From NCBI RefSeq assembly GCF_009914755.1, contig NC_060931.1: a stretch of 64,000 nt of DNA, one strand, 5' to 3'. Below are positions 1 through 13,960 of this stretch, piece after piece (positions within the stretch are counted from its first letter, which is position 1; each line of letters starts with the position of its first letter). The DNA is from the human T2T-CHM13v2.0 reference genome, Homo sapiens. The notes beneath the pieces were generated by a model that was given only the letters and a program-made list of their open reading frames with translations, ran no database searches and had not been told where the DNA came from. Made by a program: the position numbers and the translations under genes.

Positions 1-250
1 CTATATATACTATGTTTTTTTTTCTATATATGCATATCTACAATAAAGTTTAATTTATAAATTAGGCACAATAAGAGACTAACAATAATTAATAATAAAA
101 TAAAACAATTATACTAACATAATAAAAGGTATGTGAATGTAGTCTCTCTCAAATATTCTCTCAAATATTTCTCTCTCAAAATATCTGATTGTACTGGACC
201 CTGGGTAACTGAAACCAGAGAGTGAAACCACACATCAGGAAGGACCACTG
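1..250 (+). mobile_element. MER44A-like Tigger7-derived DNA transposon (5' part outside window)
   Basis: Motifs ctatatatactatg..., ataaagtttaatttataaattaggcac, gtaactgaaacc...gaaacc...gaccactg match the MER44 body and right TIR; a second copy lies at 38860-39176. Confidence 0.8.
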
Positions 251-619
251 CACCTGTTTCTATGGTGACTTCCTTCTTCTATGTCAGCTCTGTCAAAGAC
301 AAAACTCTTGTATGCCCTTTTATTTTCTAGTAGGGGCTGTCATTCTTCTTAGTTCATTTGGTTATTTTGTGACATCAGCTCTCTGATGGGCTTAAAATAA
401 TCATGATTTTGGAAGATATCCAACTTTTTCTTGTCAGTGTGGCAATAATTTTCTTTGGTAAAATTCCACATGTTAAATGGAAGCAGAATCTCTTCAATCA
501 CTCTCTTAACTCTGCTGTCATTAACCCATCATCTTGTCAATCTCTACTCCGAAGGCATGTGTTTGGGGATTTTTTTTTTCCTTTTCCCTCCCCAGATCAC
601 AAGGAGATTATTGATTTAT

Positions 620-1000
620 TGATTTATTCATTAATTCAACACATTTTGTTGAGTACTGAAGCTCTAAGAATGTGTGATACTATGCAACATAAATAAATAG
701 GTAATTCCAATCAATATTAAACACTGTAATTAAAGATTCCTGAGTACTACAAGAACAATGTAGAACTCAATGGCAACAACATGTAACGTAAGACATGGTA
801 TGTTGAATGTGACTTTATAAAGGCAAATACATGTAAACTAACAACTGAGTAGGAATTACTCAGGTGAAGGAGTGGGTAGTGTCTCAGCATAGCTAAAAGC
901 ATTGCTAAAGTGTATGAGAAAAAAGGTGGCTTTTTCAGGAGAGAAATTAAATGTGGTTAGAGGAAAGCACATTTGAGAAAAGAGAGGAGGAAAGAGTAGC
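620..1000 (-). mobile_element. L2 LINE 3' fragment
   Basis: attcattaattcaacacattttgttgag is the reverse of the L2 3' terminal motif; diverged body follows. Confidence 0.5.
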
Positions 1001-1927
1001 AAAAACTGTACCTAATTTGTAACCACAGACCACCTTATGAAAGGGTAATTAAATTAAGTTAAAAAGGTTGGGTTTCAGCAACAAAGAGGGTACTTTACAC
1101 TTGACACTTGGCAATAGCACCATCTGAATCTGTTTCTTCTTGTCTTCTTGTTTTTCTTCCCTATTCCTTGTCCTGCTTCTGATATGATTCCTTAATGGCT
1201 TTTAGTTCGGAAAGAAGAATACTTAAAATGTGAATAAACACATCACAGTACTTCAAGTTGAGAAAAGAGTGTGTGGGAAATCATGGAAGAGTTAATGTCT
1301 TCAAACAACCACTCAGTGTAGTTGGAGGATGGGAAGATTTTAGGTTAAAACTGGCAAAATACATTAGAGATAGCTCACAAAGAGACTATCATTATTATTA
1401 TCATAAAAGAGAAAACATAAAGTGAAATTTTTTATCTTCACCATTTTTAAGTGTACATTCCAGTAGCATTAAGTATATTTCCGCTGTTCTGAAAACCTCC
1501 ACAACTTTTTCGTCTGCAAATCTGAAACTCTATACTCATTAAACAACAGCTCCTCTTTCATCCCTCCTCCCAGCTGCTGCTGACCAACATTCTATGTTCT
1601 GTTTCTGTGAATTTGACTATGTTAGAGGTCACCTATGTGTGGGATTATACAGTATTTGTATTTTGTGACTGGCTTATTTTCCTTAACATAATGTCGTCAA
1701 AGTTCATCCGTGTATTTATTTCCCTTTTAAGAATGAATAAAGTTCTGATGTATGAATAGACCACATTTTGTTTATCCATTCATCTGTCCATGGTCATTGG
1801 GGTTGCTTCTACCTGTTGGCTATTGTGAGTAGTGCTGCTATGAACATGGGTGTTCAAATGTCTTTTTGAGATCCTACTTTCAATTCTTTTGAATACATAC
1901 GATGACTTGGGATTGCTAGGTCGTATG

Positions 1928-3933
<2,006 letters not shown>

Positions 3934-4079
3934 ATATGTTAGTTCTATTTTTAATTTTTAAGAAGCCTTCATACTGTTTTCTATAATGATGGCACCATTT
4001 TACAATCACATCAACAGGGCACAAAGGTCCCAATTTCTTCTCATCACCATCAGCACTAGCTGTTTTGATTCTTCCTTCT

Positions 4080-5025
4080 TTCTGATGAAGTTTGCTATTT
4101 AACCCGTCTAATAAATTTTAACCTTCATTATTGTATTTTTCCGGCCCAGAATTTTTATTTGGTTCTTTGTTAGCATTTCCATCTGTTTGTTGATATTCTC
4201 ATTTTGTTCACACATTGTTTTTCTGATTTCATTTAGTTGCTTTTGTTGCCTTTTAGCTCATTAAACTTTTTTATGACAATTACTCTCAATTGTTTGTCAG
4301 GCAGGTTATAGATCTATTTTTCTTTAGGGTTGGTTTCTGGAGTTTTATTTTGTTTCTTCAGTTCGGCTATGTTTCTCTGTTTCTTTGAATACCTTATAAT
4401 TTTTATTTTTATTTTTTGGCTGAAATGTGAACATTTGAAAAAACAACTCTCTCTCTCTGTCTTTGCATACTGGCTTCCTACAAAGAAAGATCTTCACCAA
4501 TCCACTGGTTGGAGGTTCTAGGACTTCTCAAACCTTTTCTAATCTCTTCCTCCCCCTTGTATCTGTCTGCAGAGCTATAACTATAACATGATGCTCACCA
4601 CGGTTTTCAGCAGCTTCCAAACTTTGGCACAGATCTAGTCCATTTTCCATATCAGGTAAGACAAAAACAATTCCCTTAGGTGGTTCCCAGACAAGCCAGA
4701 ATGTTGAATGCATGGTCCACATTTTCCATCCTGAGGGAGAAGTCCAGTACATAAGGTGTCCTCCTAGTTGTTCTACTCTATCCCACATGGGGTGAGGAGC
4801 ATAAAGGACATGCCAAATGGACAATTGTATTTGTTTATTTATTTATTTACCTTTTTTTTTGCTGGAATCCCTTCTTGGTTAACAATAGCATGGGCACTGT
4901 AGCCTCTCCATTAAACTGTAGAATTCTCACAGTGGCATTCTGGCCCATATATTGCTGTTGACTTAGTGTCTCCATGGGAGGGGGAAAAACCCTGTAGCTT
5001 CCTGGTTTACTGTCTTGACTTCCCC
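4080..5025 (-). mobile_element. Old L1M ORF1/5' region fragment
   Basis: T-rich antisense ORF1-like text (cagaatttttatttggttcttt...ttgatattctc). Confidence 0.55.
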
Positions 5026-5695
5026 AGAAGAACTATTATATCACGGTAAAAAGTAGAAATTTGTTCCTGTAAAAATAAAGGATAAGAAGGTCCTACAGAA
5101 TGAAGTATAAAGATTCAATCACAATTGAAAAATGGGACTTCTGGTTCTACACTCAATTTGTGGATGAAAATGTCAAGAAAATTAAATGACTTTCCAAAGA
5201 TGGCCAGTGCGTAATCTCCATATTCTCACTTCTCTTCCTTTTACCATGTTCTATGGTAATCTAAATAATACTTTGTACACTAATTTTAATAAGTAGTCAA
5301 TAAATGTTTAAGAAACTAAAGTTTTCATTACTTAAAACACTTTTATTATGGTTATATGCTCAAATCACTAACTAAATCTTATAAATTCACATCTTTAGAA
5401 ATCCATTGTTTATTGAATAATTCCAACAATTGTAGATATTATATTTCTGGTTTTAAAAATACATCTAATGTATTTTTGTATTCTTTGGTTTTAAAAATAC
5501 ATCTAATACATCTTTTATTTTGTTTCAACGACTTTGCTAACACATTTGAGGACTTCTCCATACTGATAGATTTAATATTCCTTAGTGTTCATTACTAATA
5601 ACTGAAAGGCATAGGTCTAGAATTCTAAAGTACTGAATGTGCATTACTTGATTAGAGTTCTAACACATTTTATTTTAAAGCCTCTTTCTACACAG

Positions 5696-6570
5696 AGGTC
5701 CGGGAGCAGGTGAGCCTCCAGCAGGAGCAGGCGTTCAAGGACGAGGCCCACACGCAGTGGCTCACCCTGCAGGCCTTAGAGGAAGAAGCTTCTCCAGGCT
5801 GATGAGTCATCTCCTGCCCTGGAGGGGATCAGGAGAGTTGAGGAAGAACTGGGCGAACTAAAGGCCGTTCTCACAGACGCGGGAGGATGCGGGGGGGATG
5901 CGGGGGGATGCGGGGGGATGCGGAGGGATGCGGGGGGATGAGCGGAGAGGTGGGGGGACGCAGGAGGATGAACCTTCAAACACTCAGACGTCTTAGAAAC
6001 CCTCCGGAAAAAGACTCAGGGATTGGACTCCAAGCTCCAGCACGTGGAGGATGGAGTCTGTTCTCTGGAGACGGCTTCTGTGCCCCAGACCGAGAGCCTG
6101 CAGTGCGCCTTGTCCAAGAGCCAGGAGCTGACGCAGAGCCTGGCCGCCCTGCAGGGGCGCCTGGTGGGCCCAGGGTCCTCGGAAGCAGACAGGGCTGGCC
6201 TGGCAGTGCGGTGAGGAGCCTGGCCAGGCCCAGCTGGTGCTCCTGGGTGCTGCAGATGAGCTGAAGTGTGTGGGCAAGCTCCTAGCACACGCTGCCCAGC
6301 CAGGACCAAGCCCAGGCTGCCCGTCTGCCCCTTCAGGACTTCCTGGACCGTTGTTCTTCTCTAGACAGCCTGAAATCCTCAGCCAGCCTAGTGCAATTGG
6401 ACTTGAAAATGCTCAGGGCTGTCGGAGACAGTTTGCTTGTGTACCCGGCAGGCCACAACAGAACCAACGAGAACAGCCTGGGATCAACCAAGGGTTTACT
6501 AGATGACCTGAAAAATAATCTGGATGGGTTGTTTGTAGAGGTTGAAAAGATTTATGAAAATGTCTCAATG
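5696..6570 (+). pseudogene. Laminin beta-like pseudogene, large domain II coiled-coil exon remnant
   Basis: GC-rich block after ctctttctacacAG. Frame-corrected translation includes PALEGIRRVEEELGELKAVL, DVLETLRKKTQGLDSKLQHVED...LTQSLAALQGRL and LLDDLKNNLDGL, versus recalled LAMB1 PYRETVDSVERKVSEIKDIL and LLDELAGKLQSL and LAMB3 LRRTLQGL. Several frameshifts and stops. Confidence 0.65.
5876..5970. repeat. G-rich ~10-bp minisatellite (CGGGGGGATG)n
   Basis: About 6 units, bounded by gacgc(g/a)ggaggatg at 5876 and 5957. Confidence 0.9.
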
Positions 6571-7209
6571 AATTGTGTGTGCAGGGCACGGATTTAAAGC
6601 ACAATTTCTCATGATCATAAAATGTGTTGTTTTCTCCTATGTACCCTCCCCCTCAATTCCTTGTCCCCTCTGAAAGAGTGGTAGATACAGTCTGAACACC
6701 AAGGCGTTGTATTTTGTGCTCAGTTAATTGATTTACAATGATTGCCACACCGTTGTGTTCTAAGGTGCTCTGCCTCTGCGTTTGATTTCCTGAAGCCCAG
6801 CCCCAGTGAGTAAGAGGTGACTTTTTAGGAGGGATGTTTCTAATGTCAGAGAAAAATGATAATGGCTTCAACTCAGGGTTAAGAGAGCTGATTAACCTCA
6901 AAAATCTTGTCTGGCTGGCAGATTTTTGAGTAAAACAAAACTGGATGTGGAGGAGTGACACTTTTCTTTCTAATTGTCTTTAAAGAAAATTAATTGTACA
7001 TTTTTTTATACTTCTGACTGAAATGTTTCTGTGATATCTCTCAGTTGTCTTACAATTTAATCTGGTTTAAAGGCATAGATGTCAGTTGTGAATCAGGAGG
7101 GGGAAGCACCTCCCCATCTTTATTTTAAAAGAATCAGCTACTTGAGGGTCACCACTCTCCTGTGATGCGAGTGACTTTTCAATTCCTGAATCACCCGGTG
7201 ATATCAAAG

Positions 7210-7400
7210 GTAGTGATGCAAAGAATCCAGACAGTTCTGAATGTGAAATACAACATCCAGCAGTGTCCCTGGTGCCCTTCTCTCCCGTGGCTGGCCTGTG
7301 TCAACTCTCTGGAGGGTCAACAAATAATGCAGAGGTTTCGGATCCCAGGAAGGGGAGTCCTTGGGTTCTTTCAAGAAATGTATTATGAGAGCTGTCCACA
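7210..7400 (+). pseudogene. Possible L-beta knob exon remnant of the laminin-like pseudogene
   Basis: Fragments in different frames: QC/PGAL, CRGFGS, RGVL (cf. LAMB3 CPGELC and CRGVL; LAMB4 CRGPGC); position fits exon order; needs several frameshifts. Confidence 0.35.
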
Positions 7401-7589
7401 AAGGAATGGGGTTTCTCCCTGGGGAATATAAGCCAAATCTTTTATTTTGTTTCTGCAAACCATGAAGAGGTTTACTGTTGCGGCAAGCCCCTTTTGTTGA
7501 TGAGGAACGTGTGCACTTCATTTCTGTAACTGTTTGCTTTATCTTCCTTCCCTTTGAGCTGTATTGATCTTTAATGCCTGTCTTGCCTG

Positions 7590-8050
7590 AAAAAGAAGGA
7601 GAAGGTGGAGGAGCAGGAGGAGGGGAGGAGGAAGAGGAAGGAAAAGGAAGAAGAAAAAGAAGGAAGGAGAAGGAGGAGGAGGAGGAAGAAGGAGAAAGAA
7701 AAAGGAAAAAGAAGAACAAGAATGAGGAGGAAGAAGAAAGAGGAAGAGGAAGAAAAGAAGGAAGAAGGAGGAGGAGGGGAGGAAGAGGAAGGAAGGATGA
7801 AGAAGAAAGAAGGAAGAAGAAAAGAAGGGTGAAGAAGGAGGAGGAGGAAGAAGAAGGAGAAAGAAAAAGAAAGAAGAATAAGCAGGAAGAAGGAGGAAGA
7901 GAAAAAAGGAGGAAGAAGAAGGAGGAGCAGGAAGAATAATAATGAGGAGGAGGAAGAGAAGGAAGTAGAGTAGGAGAAGGAGGAGAAGAGGAGGGGAGGA
8001 GGAGGAAGAGGAAGGAAGGAAGGAAGAAGAAGAAAAAAGTAAAAGAAAAA
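7590..8050. repeat. Polypurine GAA/GGA low-complexity tract
   Basis: About 460 bp, almost entirely A/G on +. Confidence 0.95.
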
Positions 8051-8167
8051 AGATTTGGTTGATTTACTGTGAAATAAACTGTATGACTTATTTACAGTAT
8101 TTTAAATTCTTAATAAACACTAGTGCTTTGTTAAAAAACAAAGAAAATAAAAGCCTCATTTACATAG

Positions 8168-8230
8168 CCAGGAATACTGAAATCGTTTTATAGAATCATC
8201 AGCTTCAAGTGCCAAATGTCACAAGGGATG
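8168..8230 (+). pseudogene. Laminin beta-like exon remnant (post-knob)
   Basis: tttacatAG|cc...gatg|GTgaat; translates (A)RNTEIVL*NHQLQVPNVTR(M), cf. LAMB2 ARHTQAELQ and LAMB1 EVEQLSKM. Confidence 0.45.
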
Positions 8231-8839
8231 GTGAATAATGGCTTGCGGGAAACTAGGAAAGCTGAGTTTTAAAAAAATTTTAAATAACATGTTTTTAAAA
8301 ATTATATTAATAGTATATTGATAAATAAGTCTCATCTAAGATAAGCTACTTTAAGGAGCTCATTTATTTTGAAAGGTAATTTGCATACAGGAAAAATTAT
8401 ACAGCATGGCAATATGTTATGGATTTTGTTGAATAGAAACTTTCAAATGTGTGGTCCTGTTAAGCATAATAGAGATAACAGTAAAGAGAGCTCTACATTG
8501 GTGAGAATCTTCAGGGAAGAGGGAGGAGGTGAAACTTGAACCTGGTCATGAAAGATGGTTAGTATGTAGATACCAAGAAGAAAAGAATGCTGTCCATTTC
8601 AAATGTAGAATGAAATGATTAAAGGCTCCAATCAAAAATAGTTATTGCCCTGGGCACAATGACAGTAACTCCAACCTAATTATAGTGAAGTGATCGGAAT
8701 AATGGTTGAGCATATAAATTGTGGGGATATAAAATGGAGGCAATGAAAATATTAAGGCTAAATGTGAGAACTTGGATTTTTCTTTTTAAAATTTTGGAAG
8801 GGCCCAAATTTTTATACTAAAAAAAATCCAAAGAATAGG

Positions 8840-9567
8840 TTCTATAGACTGAAGGTTTGTATCCTCCCAAAATTAGTGTTAAAATCCTAACCCCTGAAGT
8901 GATTATGTCAGGAGGTGGGGCCTTTGGAAGGTGATTAAGTCATGAGGGTGGGGCCCTCCTGGATAGGATTATTGCCTTTATAAAAGAGACCACAGAGAGC
9001 TCCTTCTCCCCTTCTGCCATGTGAGAAGTCAGCTAGAAGACTGCTATCTATAAACCAGGAAGCAGGTTCTAATCACACATTGAATCTACCAGTACCTTAA
9101 TCTTGGACTTCCCAGCATCCAGAACTGTGAGGAATAAATGAGTGTTGTTTTAGCCAGTGGTTTCCAACCTTTTTGGCACCAGGGACAGATTTCATGAAAG
9201 ATATCTTTTCCATGGATCTGAGGCAGAGGGGGATGGTTTCAGGATGACACTGTTCCTCTTCAGATCATCAGGCATTAGACTCTCATAAGGAATGCACAAA
9301 CTAGATCCCTCATATGCAGTTCACAATACAGTTCATGCTCCCATGAGGCTCTAATGCCACCACTGATCTGACAGGAGGCAGAGCTAAGACAATAATGCTC
9401 ACTCACCTGCCACTCACCTCCCACTCACTTTTGCTGTGTGGCCCACTTCATAACTGGCCATAGACCAGTCTGTGGCCTCATACCAGTCTGTGGTCCAGGG
9501 GTGGGGGACCCCTGGTTTAAGCCACCCTATGGTATTTTTGTTATAGTAGCCTGAATGGACTAAGACA
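8840..9567 (+). mobile_element. MLT1A0-like MaLR solo LTR (hosts MER1B)
   Basis: ggaggtggggcctttggaaggtgattaagtcatgagggtgg...cttggacttcccagcatccagaactgtgag...ggactaagaca. Confidence 0.85.
9155..9514 (+). mobile_element. MER1B hAT/Charlie DNA transposon
   Basis: TIRs cagtggtttccaacc / gtgggggacccctg; 8-bp TSD gttttagc/gtttaagc. Confidence 0.9.
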
Positions 9568-10349
9568 ACATGGCTAAATCAACAAATATTTGATGACTCA
9601 CATGCATACATATATGCACACATATGTGTTAAAACAACAGCAACAACTTCATGATATGGAGGGTGTGATAGTAAGCTGTTAGCTAGCTTAAGCAGTGTAA
9701 GAAAAGCTCAGTAATAACAAAATCACATGGGAAAAGTTGGAGCTTATCCATATAATTTAGGAAAATATTAATATTTATTTTTGTTGCATTTGTAGGCTAT
9801 GTAAATGTTGTAATAATTTAGAAATGATATGACATTTGTGCAAATTTTCCAAATTAGAATTTTGGAAATGGGAATTCAGGAGCTGGGATGGATATGAAAA
9901 TAATGTTTAATATTGTTATTGATTTGCATTATGATACTAATCAATTTTCTTATATTTTATCTCAGTTTATTAACTGGCAGATTGTTTATAATCATAACAG
10001 CATTATTTAACAGGAATATAAAAAATTTTATTGCTTCTGTGTTGAAATCTGTTATAAGTTTGTAAAACTAAATAACAATTATAAGTGACAATACTTTAAA
10101 AATATAAAGTATATGCATTTATTAATGATGTTATATCTATTTTCTAAACATTTCAAAACAAATTTATCTACCTTTAATAAATATTAAGAAATAGCGTTTC
10201 TGGCTGCACTACAATTGTTTAGTTTCATCGGTAGTTAAACATACTCTAGCTGGCTGTCAATAGAAATTTTATTTTATACATTTTAGCTTCTCTAAGAATA
10301 TCTCACTCCTTATTTTTTTATATACTTAATAGCAGTTCAATTAAGATGT

Positions 10350-10881
10350 AATTTGGTACTACTGGGGAAATATAATTAGCAAAATCACTTCCCAGCCCAG
10401 AAAACCTCTCCACAAGGTTATAAAAGAAGAAAACAATTATTATTGAATAAGCATTAAAACAGAATGAGACGCATATTACAGGCAATCTGCTTGAGAAGTT
10501 ACAAAGATAAATATAAATCATACTCTTTTATGTAACCAAGCAGAAGTGTCAATTGTATATGTCTTCTCATGATAAACAATAACTAGTTCTCAAATAAGAG
10601 GAGTTAACAGCACTATCTGTTTATTATAAATGTATTTGGTAATTTAGGTGACCATCTGTGTTAGTTAATTGGCTTTATAAAAAAAGTAAACTTTTCGTGC
10701 TTTTATGATGGAAGAAAGTTTTGCAACTTGGAGAGAGGCTGCCAAAAATAGGTTCCTATCCTTCCATGGAAACTAAGAGATAGGGCTGCTACCTTCCTTG
10801 ATGATTTTATTTTAGATATGGTTCCCAAGTCTTTGAGAAAGACAGTCCTAGGTTGTAAACCTGGTAAGAGGCTTACTTACC
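10350..10881 (-). mobile_element. ERV1-class LTR, first part (family uncertain); appears to continue at ~20700-20733, 21083-21115 and ~21940-22010
   Basis: LTR-like text ...gagaaagacagtcctaggttgtaaacctggtaagaggctta joins ttaaagatttccatacatttcgaagagacagag after the L1 insertion. Confidence 0.5.
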
Positions 10882-11501
10882 TATTTAAAAATTTATATAA
10901 ATTTATGAGGTACAAGTGCAATTTTGTTACATGCATAGATTGTGTATTGGTGAAGTCGGACATTTAGGGTATATATTACCCCAATAATGTACATAGTACC
11001 CATTAAATAATGTCACCCACTCACTCCTATCTACTGACCCTTCTGAGTCTCCACTGTCTATTATTCCACACTCTATGTCCATGTGAACACATTATTTAGC
11101 TCCCATTTGTAAGTGAGAACATGCAGTATGTGTCTTTGGTGTCTGACTTGTTTCACTTAAGATAATGGCCTCCAGTTCCATCCATGTTGCTACAAAATAT
11201 ATGATTTCATGGTTTTTTTAATGGCCAAATAGTGTTCTACTGTGTACATATGTCATGTTTTCTACATCCAACCATTCACTGATGGACATTTAATTTCATT
11301 TCACATCTTTGCTATTGTGAATAGCATTGAGATAAATGTATGAGTGCATGTATCCTTCTGATAACAATGATTTCTTTTTCTTTGGGTATATATCCAGTAA
11401 TGGGATTGCTGCATGAAATGGTAGTTCTATTTTTAGTTATTTGAGAAATCCCCACACTATTTTCCATAGAAGTTGTACTAATTTATATTCCCACGAACAA
11501 T

Positions 11502-13741
11502 GGATATGGTCTGGCTGAGCCCCCACCCAAGTTTCTTCTGAATTCCCACATGTTGTGGGAGGGACTTGGTGGGAGGTAATTGAATCATGGAGGCAGGTCT
11601 TTCCTGTGCTGTTCTCATAATAGTGAATAAGTTTCATGAGAGAAGATTATTTTGTAGAGGGGAGTTTCCCTGCACAAGCTCTCTTCTCTGCCACTGTGTG
11701 AGACATACCTTTCACCTTCCACCATGATTATGAGGCCTCCCCAGCCAAGTAGAACTGTTAAGTCATTAAACCTCTTTCTTTTGTAAATTACCCCGTCTCA
11801 GGTATGTCTTTATCAACAGTCTGAAAATGGAATAATAGAGTAAATTGCTACCAGTAGAGTGGGGCATTGCTGAAAAGATACCCAAAGATGTGGAAGTGAG
11901 TTAGGAACTGGGTAACAGGCAGAGGTTAGAACAGTTTGGAGGGCTCAGAAGAAGACAGGAAAATGTGTGAAAGTTTGGAACTCCCTAGAGACTTGCTGAA
12001 TGGCTTTGATAATGATATGGACAATGAAATCCAGGCTGAGGTGGTCTCAGATGGAGATGAGGGACTTGTTGGGAACTGGAGCAAAGGTGACTCTTGTTAT
12101 GTTTTAGCAAAGGGACCACCAGCATTTTGCCCTTGCCCTAGAGATTTGTGGAACTTTGAGCTTGAGAGAGATGATTTAGGGTATCTGGCAGAAGAAATTT
12201 CTAAGCAGCAAAGCATTCAAGAGGTGACTTAGGTGCTGTTAAAAGCATTGAGTTCTAAAAAGGAAGCAGAGCATAAAAGTTTGGAAAATTTGCAGACTGA
12301 CAATGTGATGGAAAAGAAAACCCCATTTTCTGAGAAGAAATTCAAGCTGGTTGCAGAAACTTGTATAAGTAATGAGGAGCCAAATGTTAATTGGCAAGAC
12401 AATGGGGAAAATTTCTGCATGGCATGACAGAGATCTTTGCAGCAGTCCCTCCCATCACAGGCCCAGGGGTTTAGGAGGAAAAAATGGTTCCATGGGCCTG
12501 GCCCAGGGTCCCTGTGCTGTGTGCAGTCTAGGGACTTGCTGCCCTGTGTCCCATCTGATCCAGCATGACTAAAAGGGGCAAAGATACAGCTCAGTTTGTT
12601 GCTTCAGAGGATGGAAGCCCAAGCCTTGGCAGCTTCCACATGGTGTTGAGCCTGTAGGTGCACAGAAGTCAAGAATTAATGTTTGGGGACCTCCACCTAG
12701 ATTTCAGAGGAAGTATGGAAATACCTGGATGCCCAGGGAGAAGTTTGCTGCAGGGATATGGCCCTCATGGAGAACCTCTGCTAGGACAGTGTGAAAGGGA
12801 AATGTGGCATCAGAGCCCCTCCACAGAGTCCCTACTGGGGCACTGCCTAGTGGAGCTGTGAGAAGAGGGCCACTGTCCTCCAAACCCCAGAATGGTAGAT
12901 CCACAAACAGCTTGTACCATGTGCCTGGAAAAGCAGCAGGCACTCAATGCCAGCCCATGAAAACTGCCAGAAGGGGTGCTATACCCTGCAAAGCCACAGG
13001 GTTGTAGTTGTCCAAGGCCATGGGAGCCCATCTCTTGCATCAGTGTGACCTGGATGTGAGACATGGAGTCAAAGAAAATGATTTTGGAACTTTAAGATTT
13101 CACTATCCCACTGGATTTAGGACTTGCATGGGCCTGTAGCCGCTTTGTTTTTGCCAATTTCTCCCATATGGAATGGCTGTATTTACCCAATGCCTGTACC
13201 CCATTATATCTAGGAAGTAACTAACTTGCTTTTGGTTTTACAGGCTCACAGGTGGAAGGGACTTGCCTCATTTCAGATGAGATATTGGACTGTGGACTTT
13301 TGAGTTAATGCTGAAATGAGTTAAGAGTTTGGGGGACTGTTGGGAAGGCATGATTGGTTTTGAAATATGAGGACATGATATTTGGGAGGGGCCAGGGGCA
13401 GAATGATATGGTTTGGATGTGTCCCCACCCAAATCTCATTTTGAATTTCCATGTGTTGTGGGAGGGACCCAGTGGGAGGCAATTGAATCATAAGGGTAGG
13501 TCTTTCCTGTGCTGTTCTCATGTTAGTGAATACGTCTCATGAAATCTGATGGTTTTAAAAAGGTAGTTTCCCTGCACAGGCTCTTTTCTCTGTCACCTTG
13601 TGAGACATGTCTTTCACCTTCTGCCATGATTGTGGGGCCTCCCCAGCCACGTAGAACTGTAAGTCCATTCAACCTCTTTCTTTTGTAAATTTCCCAGTCT
13701 TGGGTATGTCTTTATCAGCAATGTGAAAATTGACTAATACA
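11502..13741 (+). mobile_element. Full-length THE1A MaLR (LTRs 11502-11839 and 13404-13741, ~1.56 kb internal)
   Basis: Two ~340-bp THE1 LTRs, internal gtaaattgctaccagtagagtgggg..., PPT gggaggggccaggggcagaa, degenerate TSD acaat/gcagt. Confidence 0.92.
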
Positions 13742-13960
13742 GCAGTGTATAAGAGTTTCCTTATCTCTGCATTCTCACCAACGTGTGCTATTATTTGCCT
13801 ATTTAGTAATAGTCATTCTGATTGGGGCAAAATGACATCTCATGTGGTTTCAATTTGCATTTCTCTGATGATTAGTGATTTTGAGCATTTTTTTCATATA
13901 ACTTGTCCGTTTGTATGTATTCTTTTGAAAAATGTCTATTGATATACTTTGCTCACTTTT

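Noticed and set aside
5887-6506. Overlapping ORFs as an intact small gene
   Set aside because: They are frame fragments of one decayed exon plus VNTR; the coiled-coil signal moves between frames.
7574-7939. E/K/R-rich ORFs
   Set aside because: Translation of the GAA/GGA tract.
11936-13064. ORFs in THE1 internal region
   Set aside because: Decayed MaLR internal sequence.
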